From NCBI GenBank assembly GCA_044223005.1, contig JBGAML010000003.1, positions 96,001 through 160,000 on the forward strand: 64,000 nt of DNA, in the 5' to 3' direction. Each line of letters starts with the position of its first letter. Within the stretch, counting starts at the first letter, position 1. Below are positions 29,718 to 41,030 of the stretch, piece by piece. A model generated the notes under the pieces. That model was not told the DNA's origin and made no database searches. It worked only from the letters and a program-made list of their open reading frames with translations. The stretch comes from Candidatus Eiseniibacteriota bacterium (GTDB taxonomy: Bacteria > Eisenbacteria > RBG-16-71-46). The translations under genes were made by a program, and so were the position numbers.

Positions 29718-30208
29718 GGACGGCGCTCCTCCCGATTCGCTACGTAGGTTCACGTATTCCGGCCGAATCCAACGAGGCGTACCGTTCGCGCTCGGGTGTC
29801 TGTCCCGGCGCGAGAGTGCGTTTCGTGGAAATGTGAATTCGGGGGATGCGAGTCGGGGGACTCGCGAGATTTCGTCCTCGAAGAACGCAGGAACTCGAAT
29901 CGCCGCGGGGGGATGGCGGCCGGCGTACGTGGGTTTCTCGCCACGCACGCGCCCAACAGATACGAGGATACCACGCGCACCGGGATTCTCGCGAGACGCG
30001 TGGGGGTGGCCATCGGCACCGAATGCCGCGGCGCCGCAGTGCCACGGACGGGACGACGGCCGATGTGTGCATTCGGGGGAAGCACCTTCGGTTCGTCTAC
30101 CGTCCGTGGTATCACGGCGATCCTCATGCGTACGGCACTCGCGGCCCCGCTCGGCTAGACTGCGCGCCGCGACGCTTCGCGCCCCTCGCGCCGGCGACGC
30201 CCGCCCCC

Positions 30209-31027
30209 ATGGCCATCGTCCGCACCGAAGGCATCGTCCTCAAGGTCCACGCGCTCGGCGACACCAGCCGCATCGTGTCCGTCTATACGCGTGATTTCGG
30301 CCTGCGGAAATTCGTGGCCAAGGGCGCCCGCAAGACGCCGAGCCGGTTCGGGTTCGCATTGGAACCGCTTTCGCGTTCGCGATTCACTTTCTATCTCAAA
30401 CCCGATCGCGACCTGCACTTGCTCTCCCAGGCCGAGGTGGTCGATCCGCTCGGCAGCCGCCTCGCCGATCTCGCACGCCTGGCGCACGCGCAGGCGGCGC
30501 TCGAACTCGTCGACCGGCTCGTGTGGGGCGAGGAACCCCAGGCGGGGCTCTACGCCCTGCTGGTGGCGGCGCTCGACGGCTGCGCGCGCGCGCCGGTCGC
30601 GACGCTGCCCGCGGTGACGCTCGCGTTCCAGCTCCAGCTCGCGAGCGAACTCGGCTACCGCCCGCGGCTCGACGCGTGCGCGAGTTGCGGCCGGCCGGTG
30701 TCGCAGCGGCGCGTGTTCTCGCCCATGCGTGGCGGATTGCTCTGCGACGCCTGCGCGTCGCGCGAAGGTGGCGTGGTCGTGCTGTCGGCGGAGGCGCTCG
30801 CGTCGTTCGCGCTGCTGCTCTCGCGGCCCGTGATCCAGGCCGGCGAGTTCGTCGAGATCCCGCGCAGCGGCGAGCTGTTCCGCGTGGTGGAGGATTTCCT
30901 GCGTACGCATTTCCAGCGCTTCCAGGGCCTGCGCTCGCTCGAGGTGCTGCGATCGCTCGACGCGAGCGCGACGGCGCCGCCACCGCGGCCTGCGCCGTCC
31001 GCGCCGCCGCCGGAGTCCGCGTCGTGA
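30209..31027 (+). CDS. recO: DNA repair protein RecO
   Basis: 'TEGIVLK...LGDTSRIV..YTRDFG', 'AKGARK', 'GYRPRLDACASCG...GGLLCDAC'. Confidence 0.9.
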   Translation: MAIVRTEGIVLKVHALGDTSRIVSVYTRDFGLRKFVAKGARKTPSRFGFALEPLSRSRFTFYLKPDRDLHLLSQAEVVDPLGSRLADLARLAHAQAALELVDRLVWGEEPQAGLYALLVAALDGCARAPVATLPAVTLAFQLQLASELGYRPRLDACASCGRPVSQRRVFSPMRGGLLCDACASREGGVVVLSAEALASFALLLSRPVIQAGEFVEIPRSGELFRVVEDFLRTHFQRFQGLRSLEVLRSLDASATAPPPRPAPSAPPPESAS

Positions 31028-31878
31028 AGCTGCTCGCACTCTTCGTCGCGGTCGCGCTCGCCGCCGTCGTCGCGGCGTGGCTCACCGTCGCGCTCGGCCC
31101 CGGCAACCTGCGCGCGCGCTTCGAGCGCGAGTCCGCCGCGCTGCTCGCGGGCGCGTCGCCCGCGGGCGCGCCGGTCGGCGAGGCGGACCTCGCGCGGCTG
31201 CCCGCGCCGGTCGCAGGCTACCTGCGGATCGCGGGCGCGCTCGGCCGGCCGGTGCCGCGCACGTTCCGCGTGCGCTTCCACGGCACGCTGCGCGGCAGTC
31301 CCGCCGAGCCCTGGATCCCGATCGACGTGGAGCAGGTGAGCGCGCTGCACCCGCCGGCGCGGCTCTTCTGGCTGCACGGCACGATGCGTGGCCTTCCGGT
31401 TTCCGGGCTGCATCGCTACGTCGGGCGCGAGGCCGGCATGCGCATCCAGGTCCTGGGTGCGTTTCCGGTTTTGCAGGCGTCGGGGCCCGAGATGACCCGC
31501 GCCGAGACGGTGACGTTGCTCAACGACCTGTGCGTGCTCGCGCCGGCGGGGCTGCTCGACACGAGCCTGGTGTGGGGCGCGACGCGTGGCGACTCCGTCG
31601 ACGTCACGTGGTCGAACGCGGGGAACGTGGTGCACGCGACGCTCGTGTTCGGCGCGGACGGCGCGCTCGCCGATTTCGTGTCGGACGACCGGCTGCGCGC
31701 CTCGCGCGACGGCGCGACGTTCGTGCGGACGAGCTGGAACACGCCCGTCGGCGCGTATCGCGAACTCGGCGGCCAGCGGCTCGCCGGGCGCGCCGAGGCG
31801 TGGTGGCACCCGGCCGCAGGTGCGTTCCCGTACGCCCGTTTCGAGACGACCGCGCTGGAGTACGATCCGGCGCACTGA
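31024..31878 (+). CDS. DUF6544-like membrane-anchored protein
   Basis: N-terminal TM; 'DLARLPAPVAGYLR', 'AETVTLLNDLC..AP', 'DFVSDDR'. Confidence 0.65.
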   Translation: MKLLALFVAVALAAVVAAWLTVALGPGNLRARFERESAALLAGASPAGAPVGEADLARLPAPVAGYLRIAGALGRPVPRTFRVRFHGTLRGSPAEPWIPIDVEQVSALHPPARLFWLHGTMRGLPVSGLHRYVGREAGMRIQVLGAFPVLQASGPEMTRAETVTLLNDLCVLAPAGLLDTSLVWGATRGDSVDVTWSNAGNVVHATLVFGADGALADFVSDDRLRASRDGATFVRTSWNTPVGAYRELGGQRLAGRAEAWWHPAAGAFPYARFETTALEYDPAH

Positions 31879-31908
31879 CCGTTCCGTTCCCGCCTTCCGG
31901 AGACCCGC

Positions 31909-32307
31909 ATGCACGCCGCCGGCCCCTTCGACGTGAAGATGCTCCCGCAGCCCGCCGCCACCGCGGTGGAGACGTTCTCGCGCTTCGTGCTCGACAAGCG
32001 CTTCCACGGCGATCTCGACGCCACCTCGAATGGCGAGATGATCGCCGCGGGGACCACGGTGAAGGGCTCCGCGGCCTACTCGGCGCTCGAGCGCGTCACC
32101 GGTACGCTGCACGGGCACGCGGGCTCGTTCGTGCTGCAGCACACCGGCGTCATGAACCGCGGCGTGCCGTCCCTGGTGATCACGGTCGTGCCCGACTCCG
32201 GCACCGGTGCGCTCGCCGGGCTCGCCGGCACGATGACGATCGACATCGCGCCGGGCGGCGCGCACGCGTACCGGTTCGACTACACCCTGGAACCCGCGGG
32301 CGCGTGA
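31909..32307 (+). CDS. DUF3224 domain protein
   Basis: 'KRFHGDL', 'LERVTGTLHG', 'FVLQHTG', 'VVPDSGTGALAGLAG'. Confidence 0.85.
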   Translation: MHAAGPFDVKMLPQPAATAVETFSRFVLDKRFHGDLDATSNGEMIAAGTTVKGSAAYSALERVTGTLHGHAGSFVLQHTGVMNRGVPSLVITVVPDSGTGALAGLAGTMTIDIAPGGAHAYRFDYTLEPAGA

Positions 32308-32324
32308 CGCCCGGAGGACTCGCC

Positions 32325-32903
32325 ATGTCGCTCGAACTCGATCCGCGATCGACCGCGCTCGTGGTGATCGATCTGCAGCGCGGCATCGTCGCGCGCACGA
32401 CGGCGCCGTACGCGTCGGCCGACGTCGTTGCGCGCTCGGCCCGGCTCGCCGCGGCGTTCCGCGCGTCGGGCGCGCTCGTGGTGCTGGTGCGCGTCGCGTT
32501 CGACCCGCAGTTGCGCGACCGGCTCGCGACGCCGGTGGACGAGCCGGCACCCGCGTCGCCGCCGCCGCCCGAGTGGTCGGAGATCGTGCCCGAGATGCAT
32601 GCGGGGCCGGACGACGTGATCGTGACCAAGCGGCAGTGGGGCGCATTCTGGGGCACCGATCTCGACCTGCAGCTGCGCCGGCGCGGCATCGCGACGATCG
32701 TGCTCGCCGGGATCAGCACCAACTTCGGCGTGGAATCCACCGCCCGCGACGCCTGGGAGCGCTCGTACGCGGTCGTGTTCGCCGAGGACGCCATGGCCAG
32801 CTTCGACGCCGACGCGCACGCGTTCGCGACGCGGACGATCTTCCCGCGCATCGGCCGCGTGCGCACCGCCGCCGACGTGCTCGGGGCGCTCGGCGGGCGC
32901 TGA
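32325..32903 (+). CDS. Isochorismatase-family hydrolase
   Basis: 'ALVVIDLQRGI', 'KRQWGAFWGTDLDLQLRRRGI', 'GISTNFGVESTARDA'. Confidence 0.88.
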   Translation: MSLELDPRSTALVVIDLQRGIVARTTAPYASADVVARSARLAAAFRASGALVVLVRVAFDPQLRDRLATPVDEPAPASPPPPEWSEIVPEMHAGPDDVIVTKRQWGAFWGTDLDLQLRRRGIATIVLAGISTNFGVESTARDAWERSYAVVFAEDAMASFDADAHAFATRTIFPRIGRVRTAADVLGALGGR

Positions 32904-33029
32904 CGCCGGGCCGGGGCCGTGGACGCGCGGGCGTCACGTGGCGCCCGCCGCCCGCTGCCCAATTCCGCCGCGCTCGTCTAGACTGTCCCGCTCCGAAAGC
33001 CCGTTCGACCCTTTCCGGACCGCCCTCCC

Positions 33030-34010
33030 ATGAGCACCCTGAATCCCCGCGAATCCCTGCAGGCGATGATCCTCGGCCTCGAGCACTACTGGGCCGAACG
33101 CGGCTGCGTGATCCAGCAGCCCTACCCGTCGGAAGTCGGCGCGGGCACGTTCAATCCCGCGACCTTCCTGCGTGCGCTCGGCCCCGAGCCGTGGCGCGTC
33201 GCCTACGTGGAGCCCTCGCGCCGCCCCAAGGACGGGCGCTACGGCGAGAACCCGAATCGCTTCCAGCAGTTCTTCCAGTACCAGGTGCTCCTGAAGCCCG
33301 CGCCCGGCGACGTCGTCGATGCCTACTTCGGGTCGCTGCGCGCGCTCGGGATCGAGCCGCTCGAACGCGACCTGCGCCTGCTCGAGGACGACTGGGAGTC
33401 GCCGACGCTCGGCGCCGCGGGACTGGGCTGGCAGGTGCTCATGGACGGCACCGAGATCTCGCAGTTCACCTACTTCCAGCAGTGCGGCGGCCTGGAGCTG
33501 CCCATGGTGTCGGCCGAGCTCACCTACGGACTCGACCGCATCGGCATGATGCTGCAGGGCACGGATCGCGTGCAGGACCTGCAGTGGGCGCCCGGCGTCA
33601 CGTGGGGCGACCTGTGGGTGCGCAACGAGGTCGAGTGGTCGCACTACAACTTCGAACAGGCGCCGGTCGCCGAGTTGTTCGAGATGTTCAAGATCTGGGA
33701 GTCCGAGGCGAACCGCCTGCTGGACCTGAAGCTCGTGAGCCCCGGCTACGACGCCGTGATCAAGTGCTCGCACATGTTCAACCTGCTCGACGCGCGCGGC
33801 GCGATCAGCGTGAGCGAGCGCGTCGGCTACATCGGCCGCGTGCGCCAGATCGCGCGCAAGGCGGCGCTGGCGTACCACCACCTGCGCGCCGAGCTGAAGT
33901 ATCCACTCATCAAGGACGAGCCCGAACGCGAGCGCTGGCTGGCCCACTACGAGGAGTCGCAGGCGCGCGTGAAGGCGCAGGCCGCGAAGAAGAAGGAGGC
34001 CGCGAAGTGA
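33030..34010 (+). CDS. glyQ: Glycine--tRNA ligase alpha subunit
   Basis: '[21 protein letters not shown]', '[10 protein letters not shown]', 'QFTYFQQ', 'ELTYGLDR'. Confidence 0.97.
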   Translation: MSTLNPRESLQAMILGLEHYWAERGCVIQQPYPSEVGAGTFNPATFLRALGPEPWRVAYVEPSRRPKDGRYGENPNRFQQFFQYQVLLKPAPGDVVDAYFGSLRALGIEPLERDLRLLEDDWESPTLGAAGLGWQVLMDGTEISQFTYFQQCGGLELPMVSAELTYGLDRIGMMLQGTDRVQDLQWAPGVTWGDLWVRNEVEWSHYNFEQAPVAELFEMFKIWESEANRLLDLKLVSPGYDAVIKCSHMFNLLDARGAISVSERVGYIGRVRQIARKAALAYHHLRAELKYPLIKDEPERERWLAHYEESQARVKAQAAKKKEAAK

Positions 34011-36139
34011 CCCGCGACCTGCTGTTCGAGATCGGCGTCGAGGAACTGCCCTCGACCTACATCGCGCCCGCGCTGGAGCAGTTGGAGCGCGGCGTGCGCG
34101 CCGGCCTGCAGGAACTGCGGCTCGGCTGCGGCGCGATCACCACCTACGGCACGCCGCGGCGGCTCGCGGTGCTGGTCGCCGACGTCGTCACGCGCCAGGA
34201 CGATCACGAGGAAGAGGCGATGGGGCCCGCGGCCAAGGTCGCGTTCGGTCCCGACGGCCAGCCCACCAAGGCCCTCGTCGGTTTCTGCGCCGGCAAGGGC
34301 GTCGACGTCGCGAGCGTGCGCCGGGTCGAGACGCCCAAGGGTGAATACGTCGCGGTGACCGTGAAGCACACGGGCCGCGACGCGATCGACGTGTTGCCCG
34401 CGATGCTGGCGACGGTCGCGGTGAAGCTGCAGTTCCCGAAGGCCATGCGCTGGGACGCGGGCGACTATCGCTTCGGGCGTCCGGTGCGCTGGCTTGCGGC
34501 GCTGCTCGGCGACCAGGTCGTGCCCGTCGCCGCGTTCGGCCTCACCGCCGGCCGCACGACGTTCGGCCATCGCTTCCTGCATCCGGGCACGCTCGAGATC
34601 CCGTCGCCGCGCGGTTACGTCGAGGCGCTGCGCGGGGCGAAGGTGCTCGCCGACCATCGCGAGCGGCGCGCGGCCGTGCTGGAGCAGATCTCCGCGGCCG
34701 CCGCGGCGCAGGGCGGGCGCGTCGTCGAGGACGACGAGCTGGTCGACATCAACACGTTCCTCGTCGAGTGGCCCACCGCGTTCGCGGGCCACTTCGATCC
34801 GCACTATCTCGACCTGCCGCGCGAGGTGATCGTCACCGCGCTGCGCGAGCACCAGCGCTTCCACGCGTTCGAGGGCGCCGACGGTGTCCTGAAGCCCGGC
34901 TTCATCGCCGTGCGCAACGGCGATGCGCGCGGGCTCGAGATCGTGCGCAAGGGCAACGAGGACGTGCTGGTCGCGCGGCTCGAGGACGCGAAGTTCTACT
35001 GGGAGACCGACCTCAAGCACGCCCCGGCCGAGATCGTCGAGAAGCTCTCCGGCGTCGTGTGGATGGAAGGCCTCGGTTCGCTGCGCGAGAAGGCCGCGCG
35101 GCTGGAGTCGCTGGGCGGCTGGCTCGCCGAGCGGCTCGCGCCCGGTGCGGCCCCAGCGGTGCAGCGCGCCGCGCTGCTGGCGAAGACCGATCTGCTCGGC
35201 GAGATGATCGGTTCGGGCAAGGAGTACGCGAGCCTGGAAGGCATCATGGGCGGGCACTACGCACGGCGCGCCGGCGAGCCCGAGGCCGTCGCGGTCGCGA
35301 TCGCCGAACACTACCGGCCGCGCGGCGCGGGCGACGCGCTGCCCGGCTCGGACGCGGGTTCGCTGCTCGCGCTCGCGGACAAGCTCGATCACGTGGCGGG
35401 CGCGTTCGTCGCCGGCAAGATCCCGAGCGGCAGCGAGGACCCGTACGGCGTGCGGCGCGCGGCCAACGGCGCCGTGCGCATCGTGCTCGAGCAGTCGCGC
35501 TCGCTCGACCTGCGCGCGGCGTCCATGGAGATGACGCGGCCGTTCTTCGCCGCCGACCCGGAGCTCTCGCAGGCCGAGATCATGAAGAAGCTGGGTGAGT
35601 TCTGGCGCGGCCGCGTGGACACCGCGCTCGAGGACCGCGACGTCGCGTACGACACGCGCGACGCGGCGCTCGAGGCCCGCATCGTGATGGACGGGGCCGC
35701 GCGGCCCGGCTGGTGCGACGCCGCCGACGCGCTCGCGCGCGCGAAGGCGCTCGCCGCCTTCCGCGGCGACCCGCGCTTCACGCCGCTCGCGATCCTGTTC
35801 AAGCGCGTGGCGAACATCCTCAAGGCGTCGGCCGACCCGCTGCCCGCGGCGCTCGATCGCGCCGCGCTGCGCGAGCCGGCCGAGCAGGCGCTGCTCGCGG
35901 CGCTCGAGCAGGCGCGCACCGCGACCGAGCCGCTGTGGGCGAAGCGCGCGTACGCCGAGATCCTGCCCGCGCTACTGGCGATGGAGGGGGCGATCCACGG
36001 CTTCTTCGACGGCGTCATGGTCAACGTCGACGACTCCGCCGTGCGGCTCAACCGCCTCAAGCTCCTCGCCGACGTACGCGAGCTCTTCCTGCGTGGCTGG
36101 GACCTTTCGCGCGTCGTCGTCGAGGGCGAGAAGGCGTAG
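34007..36139 (+). CDS. glyS: Glycine--tRNA ligase beta subunit
   Basis: '[11 protein letters not shown]', 'TPRRLA', '[10 protein letters not shown]', C-terminal 'VRLNRLKLL'; GTGA overlap with glyQ. Confidence 0.95.
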   Translation: MTRDLLFEIGVEELPSTYIAPALEQLERGVRAGLQELRLGCGAITTYGTPRRLAVLVADVVTRQDDHEEEAMGPAAKVAFGPDGQPTKALVGFCAGKGVDVASVRRVETPKGEYVAVTVKHTGRDAIDVLPAMLATVAVKLQFPKAMRWDAGDYRFGRPVRWLAALLGDQVVPVAAFGLTAGRTTFGHRFLHPGTLEIPSPRGYVEALRGAKVLADHRERRAAVLEQISAAAAAQGGRVVEDDELVDINTFLVEWPTAFAGHFDPHYLDLPREVIVTALREHQRFHAFEGADGVLKPGFIAVRNGDARGLEIVRKGNEDVLVARLEDAKFYWETDLKHAPAEIVEKLSGVVWMEGLGSLREKAARLESLGGWLAERLAPGAAPAVQRAALLAKTDLLGEMIGSGKEYASLEGIMGGHYARRAGEPEAVAVAIAEHYRPRGAGDALPGSDAGSLLALADKLDHVAGAFVAGKIPSGSEDPYGVRRAANGAVRIVLEQSRSLDLRAASMEMTRPFFAADPELSQAEIMKKLGEFWRGRVDTALEDRDVAYDTRDAALEARIVMDGAARPGWCDAADALARAKALAAFRGDPRFTPLAILFKRVANILKASADPLPAALDRAALREPAEQALLAALEQARTATEPLWAKRAYAEILPALLAMEGAIHGFFDGVMVNVDDSAVRLNRLKLLADVRELFLRGWDLSRVVVEGEKA

Positions 36140-36150
36140 CCGATCGCGGG

Positions 36151-36180
36151 CGACGCCGCGCGCCGACGCGCGCGGCGTCG
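36151..36180 (+). terminator. Hairpin after glyS
   Basis: Perfect 13-bp stem CGACGCCGCGCGC-CGAC-GCGCGCGGCGTCG; no U tract. Confidence 0.45.
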
Positions 36181-36390
36181 GCGCGCGGCCTCTCGGCGCT
36201 CGCCGGCCGAAGAAGTGTCGCCGCGGGCGACATGGGGGCGTTCTCCGCCGGAATCCAGCTGGGTGTGCAGTACATGCCAGCGGCCGAGTGTCGTGCAAAG
36301 CGACGTTGAAGTCGCAGCATCGCCGGGCGCAGGCTGAAGCGAGCCTGCGGGGCCGATCCCCCGCGGCAATCCACCCAAACCGGAGGGGAC

Positions 36391-38331
36391 ATGCGTTCTC
36401 CCGTTGCTTCCACGCATGCACTGTCCAGGGCGTGGATTCCCCCGGCGATCCGCCTTGCGACATTCCTCGCGCTGCTGGCCGCTCCCGTCCTCGCGCACGC
36501 CACGCACTACCTCGTCGATTCCGCCGGCGGCGGCGATTTCACCACCATCCAGGGCGCGGTCGACGCACTCGCGTCGAGTCCGCGCGATTCCATTCTCGTG
36601 CGGCCCGGTTTCTATCCGGAATCAGTCTTGTTGCCGGCATCGGCCTATGCCGCGCTGGTCGCGGTCGCCGGGCCCGACTCGACGACCGTGCACACGATCC
36701 AGAGCAACGGCGGCGGATCCGTTTCGGGGTTCGCATTCGATGCGCTGCATCACCAGCTGCAGGCCATGCGTTACGATCGCTGTCTGTTCCTGCAGGGGTT
36801 CGAGATCGCCGGCGCTCCGACGGGTGCCACCATGACGAACTCGGAGGTGCATGGCCCCTCGACGAGCATCGGCGTCGTGGGAGAAGGGTACGTGGGCGTG
36901 CGCTTCGTGAACGCACCGCTCTTCGTGGCCACCAACGGTGGCGGGACCACCCGATTCCGGAACTGCACGTTCTCGGGCGGGACGGACACCCTCGTCGTGT
37001 GCCGACCGGCGTCGGGCGACGACATCGGCTTCCGGGGCTGCGAGTTCTCGGACGCGGCCGTCGGAGTGGCGGCCCGGCCGAGCCTGGGAGGCTATGTCGG
37101 TATTGCCTCCTGTTCCTTCCACGATCTGGGTGGTGACGCCATTTGCACGTCCGGCGGTGGCCCGTACACGCCCCTCAATCCGGCCGTGGAACTGGACATG
37201 GTCGACTCGCGGATCGAGCGCTGCGGCACCGGCGTGCGGTGGACACCGGGCAACGATGGTCGTCTTTCCATGGTGCGGGACTCGGTCTTCGATAGTCGCG
37301 GGGATGCTCTCGTGCTCTCCGTCGGCGAAGCGGCGCCGGGTCTGGACCACGTGATCGTGATGCGCTCGGGTGGTCATGGTTGCGTGATCGAGCGCAGGCC
37401 GCCGACGCTGTACCACCAGACGTTCGAGTTCCAGGTCGGCATCCAGGACTCCTACTTCGCGGACAACGCCGGTGATGGCGTGCGCGTCGTGCACGACTGG
37501 CCGGCCCAGTTCGCGGCCGGCGGCCACTCCTTCCTCACGAACTCCACCGCCGAGCGCAACGGCGGCGCCGGCTTCCGGCTCGAAGGCGGCGCGTGGACAG
37601 TGGAGCGCAACGTGGCGCGGGCGAACGCCGGCACCGGTCTCGAGTTCACGTCGCTGTACACAGCGGACCACCTCGAAGGGCTGAGCGGCTTTCGGCCCGA
37701 CTCGGTGATCTTCAACACGAGCGTCGGCAATGGTGACGCGGGTATCGTCGTGAGCCGCGCGGAGGCGTCGGGACCCTACACGCAGGCGATCCAGCACAAC
37801 CTCTGCGTCGCCAACCACGGCAACGGCCTGATCGTCGCGGCTACATCGGGCTTGAGCTGCGCGTACAACGACGCGTGGCACAACCTGGCGGCGGACTACC
37901 TCAACGTGAGCTCGCCCGCGGACTCCAATCTCGGCATCGACCCGAGGTTCTGCGACCTGTCTGCGGGCCAGCTGACGCTCGCGTTCGGTTCGCCCTGCGG
38001 CGCCGGCGGTCCGTACGGCGCGATCGGCGCGCGGCCGGAGGCGTGCGCGAGCGCCGCGGGCGTCGTCGTCCCGCCACCCGCCGTCGCGTTCTCCGCGCGC
38101 CCGAATCCCGCGCGTGGCGCGGTCGAGTTCGCGCTTCCCGCCGGCGTCTCGGGACGGCTCGAGGTGATCGACGTCGCGGGCCGCGCGGTCTGGAGCCGCA
38201 ACGTGCACGCCGGCGAAACGGTACGGTGGAACGGCGAGACGAGCGCTGGGCATGCGCGCGCCGGGCTCTATTGGGCGCGGTTCGTGCGGCCGGGTCGCGT
38301 CGACCGCCAGCGCCTGGTCTGGCTCGAGTGA
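36391..38331 (+). CDS. Secreted right-handed parallel beta-helix protein with FlgD/Ig-like C-terminal domain
   Basis: 'GGGDFTTIQGAVD', repeated 'N.G.G' turns, 'DPRFCD...SPC', C-terminal 'RPNPARG...GLYWAR'. Confidence 0.8.
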   Translation: MRSPVASTHALSRAWIPPAIRLATFLALLAAPVLAHATHYLVDSAGGGDFTTIQGAVDALASSPRDSILVRPGFYPESVLLPASAYAALVAVAGPDSTTVHTIQSNGGGSVSGFAFDALHHQLQAMRYDRCLFLQGFEIAGAPTGATMTNSEVHGPSTSIGVVGEGYVGVRFVNAPLFVATNGGGTTRFRNCTFSGGTDTLVVCRPASGDDIGFRGCEFSDAAVGVAARPSLGGYVGIASCSFHDLGGDAICTSGGGPYTPLNPAVELDMVDSRIERCGTGVRWTPGNDGRLSMVRDSVFDSRGDALVLSVGEAAPGLDHVIVMRSGGHGCVIERRPPTLYHQTFEFQVGIQDSYFADNAGDGVRVVHDWPAQFAAGGHSFLTNSTAERNGGAGFRLEGGAWTVERNVARANAGTGLEFTSLYTADHLEGLSGFRPDSVIFNTSVGNGDAGIVVSRAEASGPYTQAIQHNLCVANHGNGLIVAATSGLSCAYNDAWHNLAADYLNVSSPADSNLGIDPRFCDLSAGQLTLAFGSPCGAGGPYGAIGARPEACASAAGVVVPPPAVAFSARPNPARGAVEFALPAGVSGRLEVIDVAGRAVWSRNVHAGETVRWNGETSAGHARAGLYWARFVRPGRVDRQRLVWLE

Positions 38332-38380
38332 GCGCGGCGTGACAAACGTGGCCCGGACGACCCGCCCGGGCCTCGCGCGC

Positions 38381-38650
38381 TCAGATCCCCATATCGCCCA
38401 GGCGGCGGCTCACACTCACGATCGCCGCGGTCAGGTCGGGGTGCGAGGCCTCGAGACGCGTCGCGACCTCGCCGAGCTGCGCGAGCAGCGACGGCGTGCC
38501 CGCGGGCGCGGGGCCGGAGCGCTCGAGCGCCGCGCGGATGTCGCCCTGGAGCCGCTCCAGCAGCCGGCGGTCCTCGGCCGGGAGGGACGTGACCGCATCG
38601 AGCCGGTCGTGCAGCGCCTGCAGCAACGGATGGATCGATTCGTCCGCCAT
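38381..38650 (-). CDS. DUF4404-like small helical protein
   Basis: 'LEASHPDLTAAI...LGDMGI' C-terminus; GGAG SD. Confidence 0.75.
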   Translation of the reverse strand: MADESIHPLLQALHDRLDAVTSLPAEDRRLLERLQGDIRAALERSGPAPAGTPSLLAQLGEVATRLEASHPDLTAAIVSVSRRLGDMGI

Positions 38651-38794
38651 GCGGATCCACTCCCTTCGGCCCCGAGTCTCGGGCCCGCGACGCGCGGGCC
38701 CCTCGCCCAGAGCATAGGGCCTCCGGGGCCGGCCCGCGCGGCCCGGACGCCGCGCGGGAAAGGCCCGCGCCGTTCCCGCGCGGGGGCGGCGCGC

Positions 38795-38823
38795 TTGCCC
38801 GGTCCGTCGGGGGCAGCTATGGT
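38795..38823 (+). promoter_or_regulatory. Candidate sigma70 promoter of pyrR
   Basis: TTGCCC-17 nt-TATGGT. Confidence 0.55.
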
Positions 38824-38831
38824 CCTCGGCA

Positions 38832-39422
<591 letters not shown>

Positions 39423-39443
39423 CGCGGCGACGGCGGCCTCCCG

Positions 39444-39471
39444 GACCCGCCCCGGCTCGCCGGGGCGGGTC
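39444..39471 (+). terminator. Probable terminator hairpin after pyrR
   Basis: GACCCGCCCCGG-CTCG-CCGGGGCGGGTC followed by TT. Confidence 0.55.
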
Positions 39472-39589
39472 TTCGCATCCCGGCGCTGTGACCGAAGAAT
39501 CGTCGGCTTGTGCTCGAAAGAACTAGCGATTCCTTCGCTGGACGTGACGAATCGAATCCATATCATCGCCGAACCGAAGGGAGGACCGC

Positions 39590-40072
39590 ATGCTCGACGA
39601 AATCGACCGGCAGCTGCTCCAGATCCTGCAGACCGATGGCCGCACCTCCAATGCCGACCTCGCCCGCCGCGTGGGCATGGCTCCCTCGGCGGTGTTCGAG
39701 CGCGTGAAGCGCCTCGAACAGCGCGGTGTGATCCAGGGCTATGGCGCGCACCTCGACCCGCGCCGGCTCGGCCGCGGCCTGCTCGCGTTCGTGCTCGTGC
39801 GCAGCGACGAGCGCACGGGGGAGATGTCCACGGGCGAGGCGCTCGCGCGCGAACCGGAGGTGCTCGAAGTGCACCACGTCGCGGGCCAGGACAGCTACCT
39901 CGTGAAGGTGCGGGTCAAGGATCCGGAGGCGCTGGGCCGGCTGCTGCGCGAGCGATTCGGCGCGATCGCGACCGTGCGCTCGACGCAGAGCACGATCGCG
40001 CTCGAGACGGTGAAGGAGAGCTGGGCGCTGCCGGTGGAGGAAGTGCCGCGGCGGGAGACCGTGCGTGGTTGA
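39590..40072 (+). CDS. Lrp/AsnC family transcriptional regulator
   Basis: 'LDEIDRQLLQILQTDGRTSNADLARRVG', 'PEVLEVHHVAG'. Confidence 0.92.
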   Translation: MLDEIDRQLLQILQTDGRTSNADLARRVGMAPSAVFERVKRLEQRGVIQGYGAHLDPRRLGRGLLAFVLVRSDERTGEMSTGEALAREPEVLEVHHVAGQDSYLVKVRVKDPEALGRLLRERFGAIATVRSTQSTIALETVKESWALPVEEVPRRETVRG

Positions 40073-41021
40073 GGCCCTGCGCGAACGCGGGCTGCTGGGG
40101 AAGGTGCTCGCGGCGTTCGCCGCGATCTACTTCATCTGGGGCTCGACGTTCATCACGATCCGCATCGCGATCACGGACATCCCGCCGCTGCTCATGTGCG
40201 GCGTCCGGCTGCTGTCGGCCGGGATGATCCTGGTCGCGTGGGCGCGGGCGGCGGGCGAGTCGTGGCCGCGCGGCATCGAATGGCGCGACGCGGCACTCGT
40301 CGGGATCCTGCTGCCCGGGATCGGCAACGCCAGCGTCACGCTGGGTGAGACGCACGTGGCGTCCGGGCTCGTGGCGCTGCTCGTGGCGTCGATCCCGCTC
40401 TGGATGGCGCTGCTCTCGGCGATCGGTCCGCGCGCCGAGCGCCCGGCGCCGCTCGGGCTGCTCGGACTCGCGCTGGGCTTCACCGGCATCGCGCTGCTGC
40501 TCGGGCCGGGCATCGCGGGGCCGGCCGGCTCGGGCCACTCGCTGGTGTGGGCGATGACCCCCGTCGCGGGTTCGTTCTCGTGGGCGTGGGGCTCGCTGTG
40601 GTCGCGTCGCGCCCGGACGCCGCGCTCGCCGCGCATGGCCACCGGCGTCGGGCTGGTCGCGGGCGGAGTGCTGGTGCTGCTCGCCGCCACGGTGACGGGC
40701 GAACCGGCGCGCTTCGATCCGGCGCGCGTGGGAACGCCCGCGCTTCTCTCGCTCGCCTACCTGTCGGTGTTCGGGTCGGTCGTGGCCTTCTCGGCCTACC
40801 TGTTCCTGCTACGCGTGGTCTCGCCCGCGCTGGTCTCGACCTACGCGTTCGTGAACCCGCTCGTCGCGATGACCCTCGGCGCGCTGTTCGCGGGCGAGGC
40901 GTTCTCGCCGCGGGCGAAGCTGGCGGCGGTGCTCGTGATCGCGTCGGTCGTGCTGCTCACGTGGACGCGCGCGCGCGCCGCGCGACGCGCGGTCGCTCCG
41001 GCCGACGCCGCGAAGGCCTGA
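40065..41021 (+). CDS. EamA family transporter (YedA-like)
   Basis: 'IYFIWGSTF', 'FGSVVAFSAY', 'STYAFVNPLVA'. Confidence 0.88.
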   Translation: MVEALRERGLLGKVLAAFAAIYFIWGSTFITIRIAITDIPPLLMCGVRLLSAGMILVAWARAAGESWPRGIEWRDAALVGILLPGIGNASVTLGETHVASGLVALLVASIPLWMALLSAIGPRAERPAPLGLLGLALGFTGIALLLGPGIAGPAGSGHSLVWAMTPVAGSFSWAWGSLWSRRARTPRSPRMATGVGLVAGGVLVLLAATVTGEPARFDPARVGTPALLSLAYLSVFGSVVAFSAYLFLLRVVSPALVSTYAFVNPLVAMTLGALFAGEAFSPRAKLAAVLVIASVVLLTWTRARAARRAVAPADAAKA

Positions 41022-41030
41022 GCCCGGGCG

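Noticed and set aside
32904..33029. T-box riboswitch upstream of glyQS
   Set aside because: The gap is too short, with no T-box consensus or terminator visible.
32573..34006. Apparent long N-terminal extensions of glyS, carB, OPT2 and the anti-sigma factor in the ORF track
   Set aside because: True starts are internal, with SDs or stop/start overlaps; the extensions overlap other genes and are low complexity.
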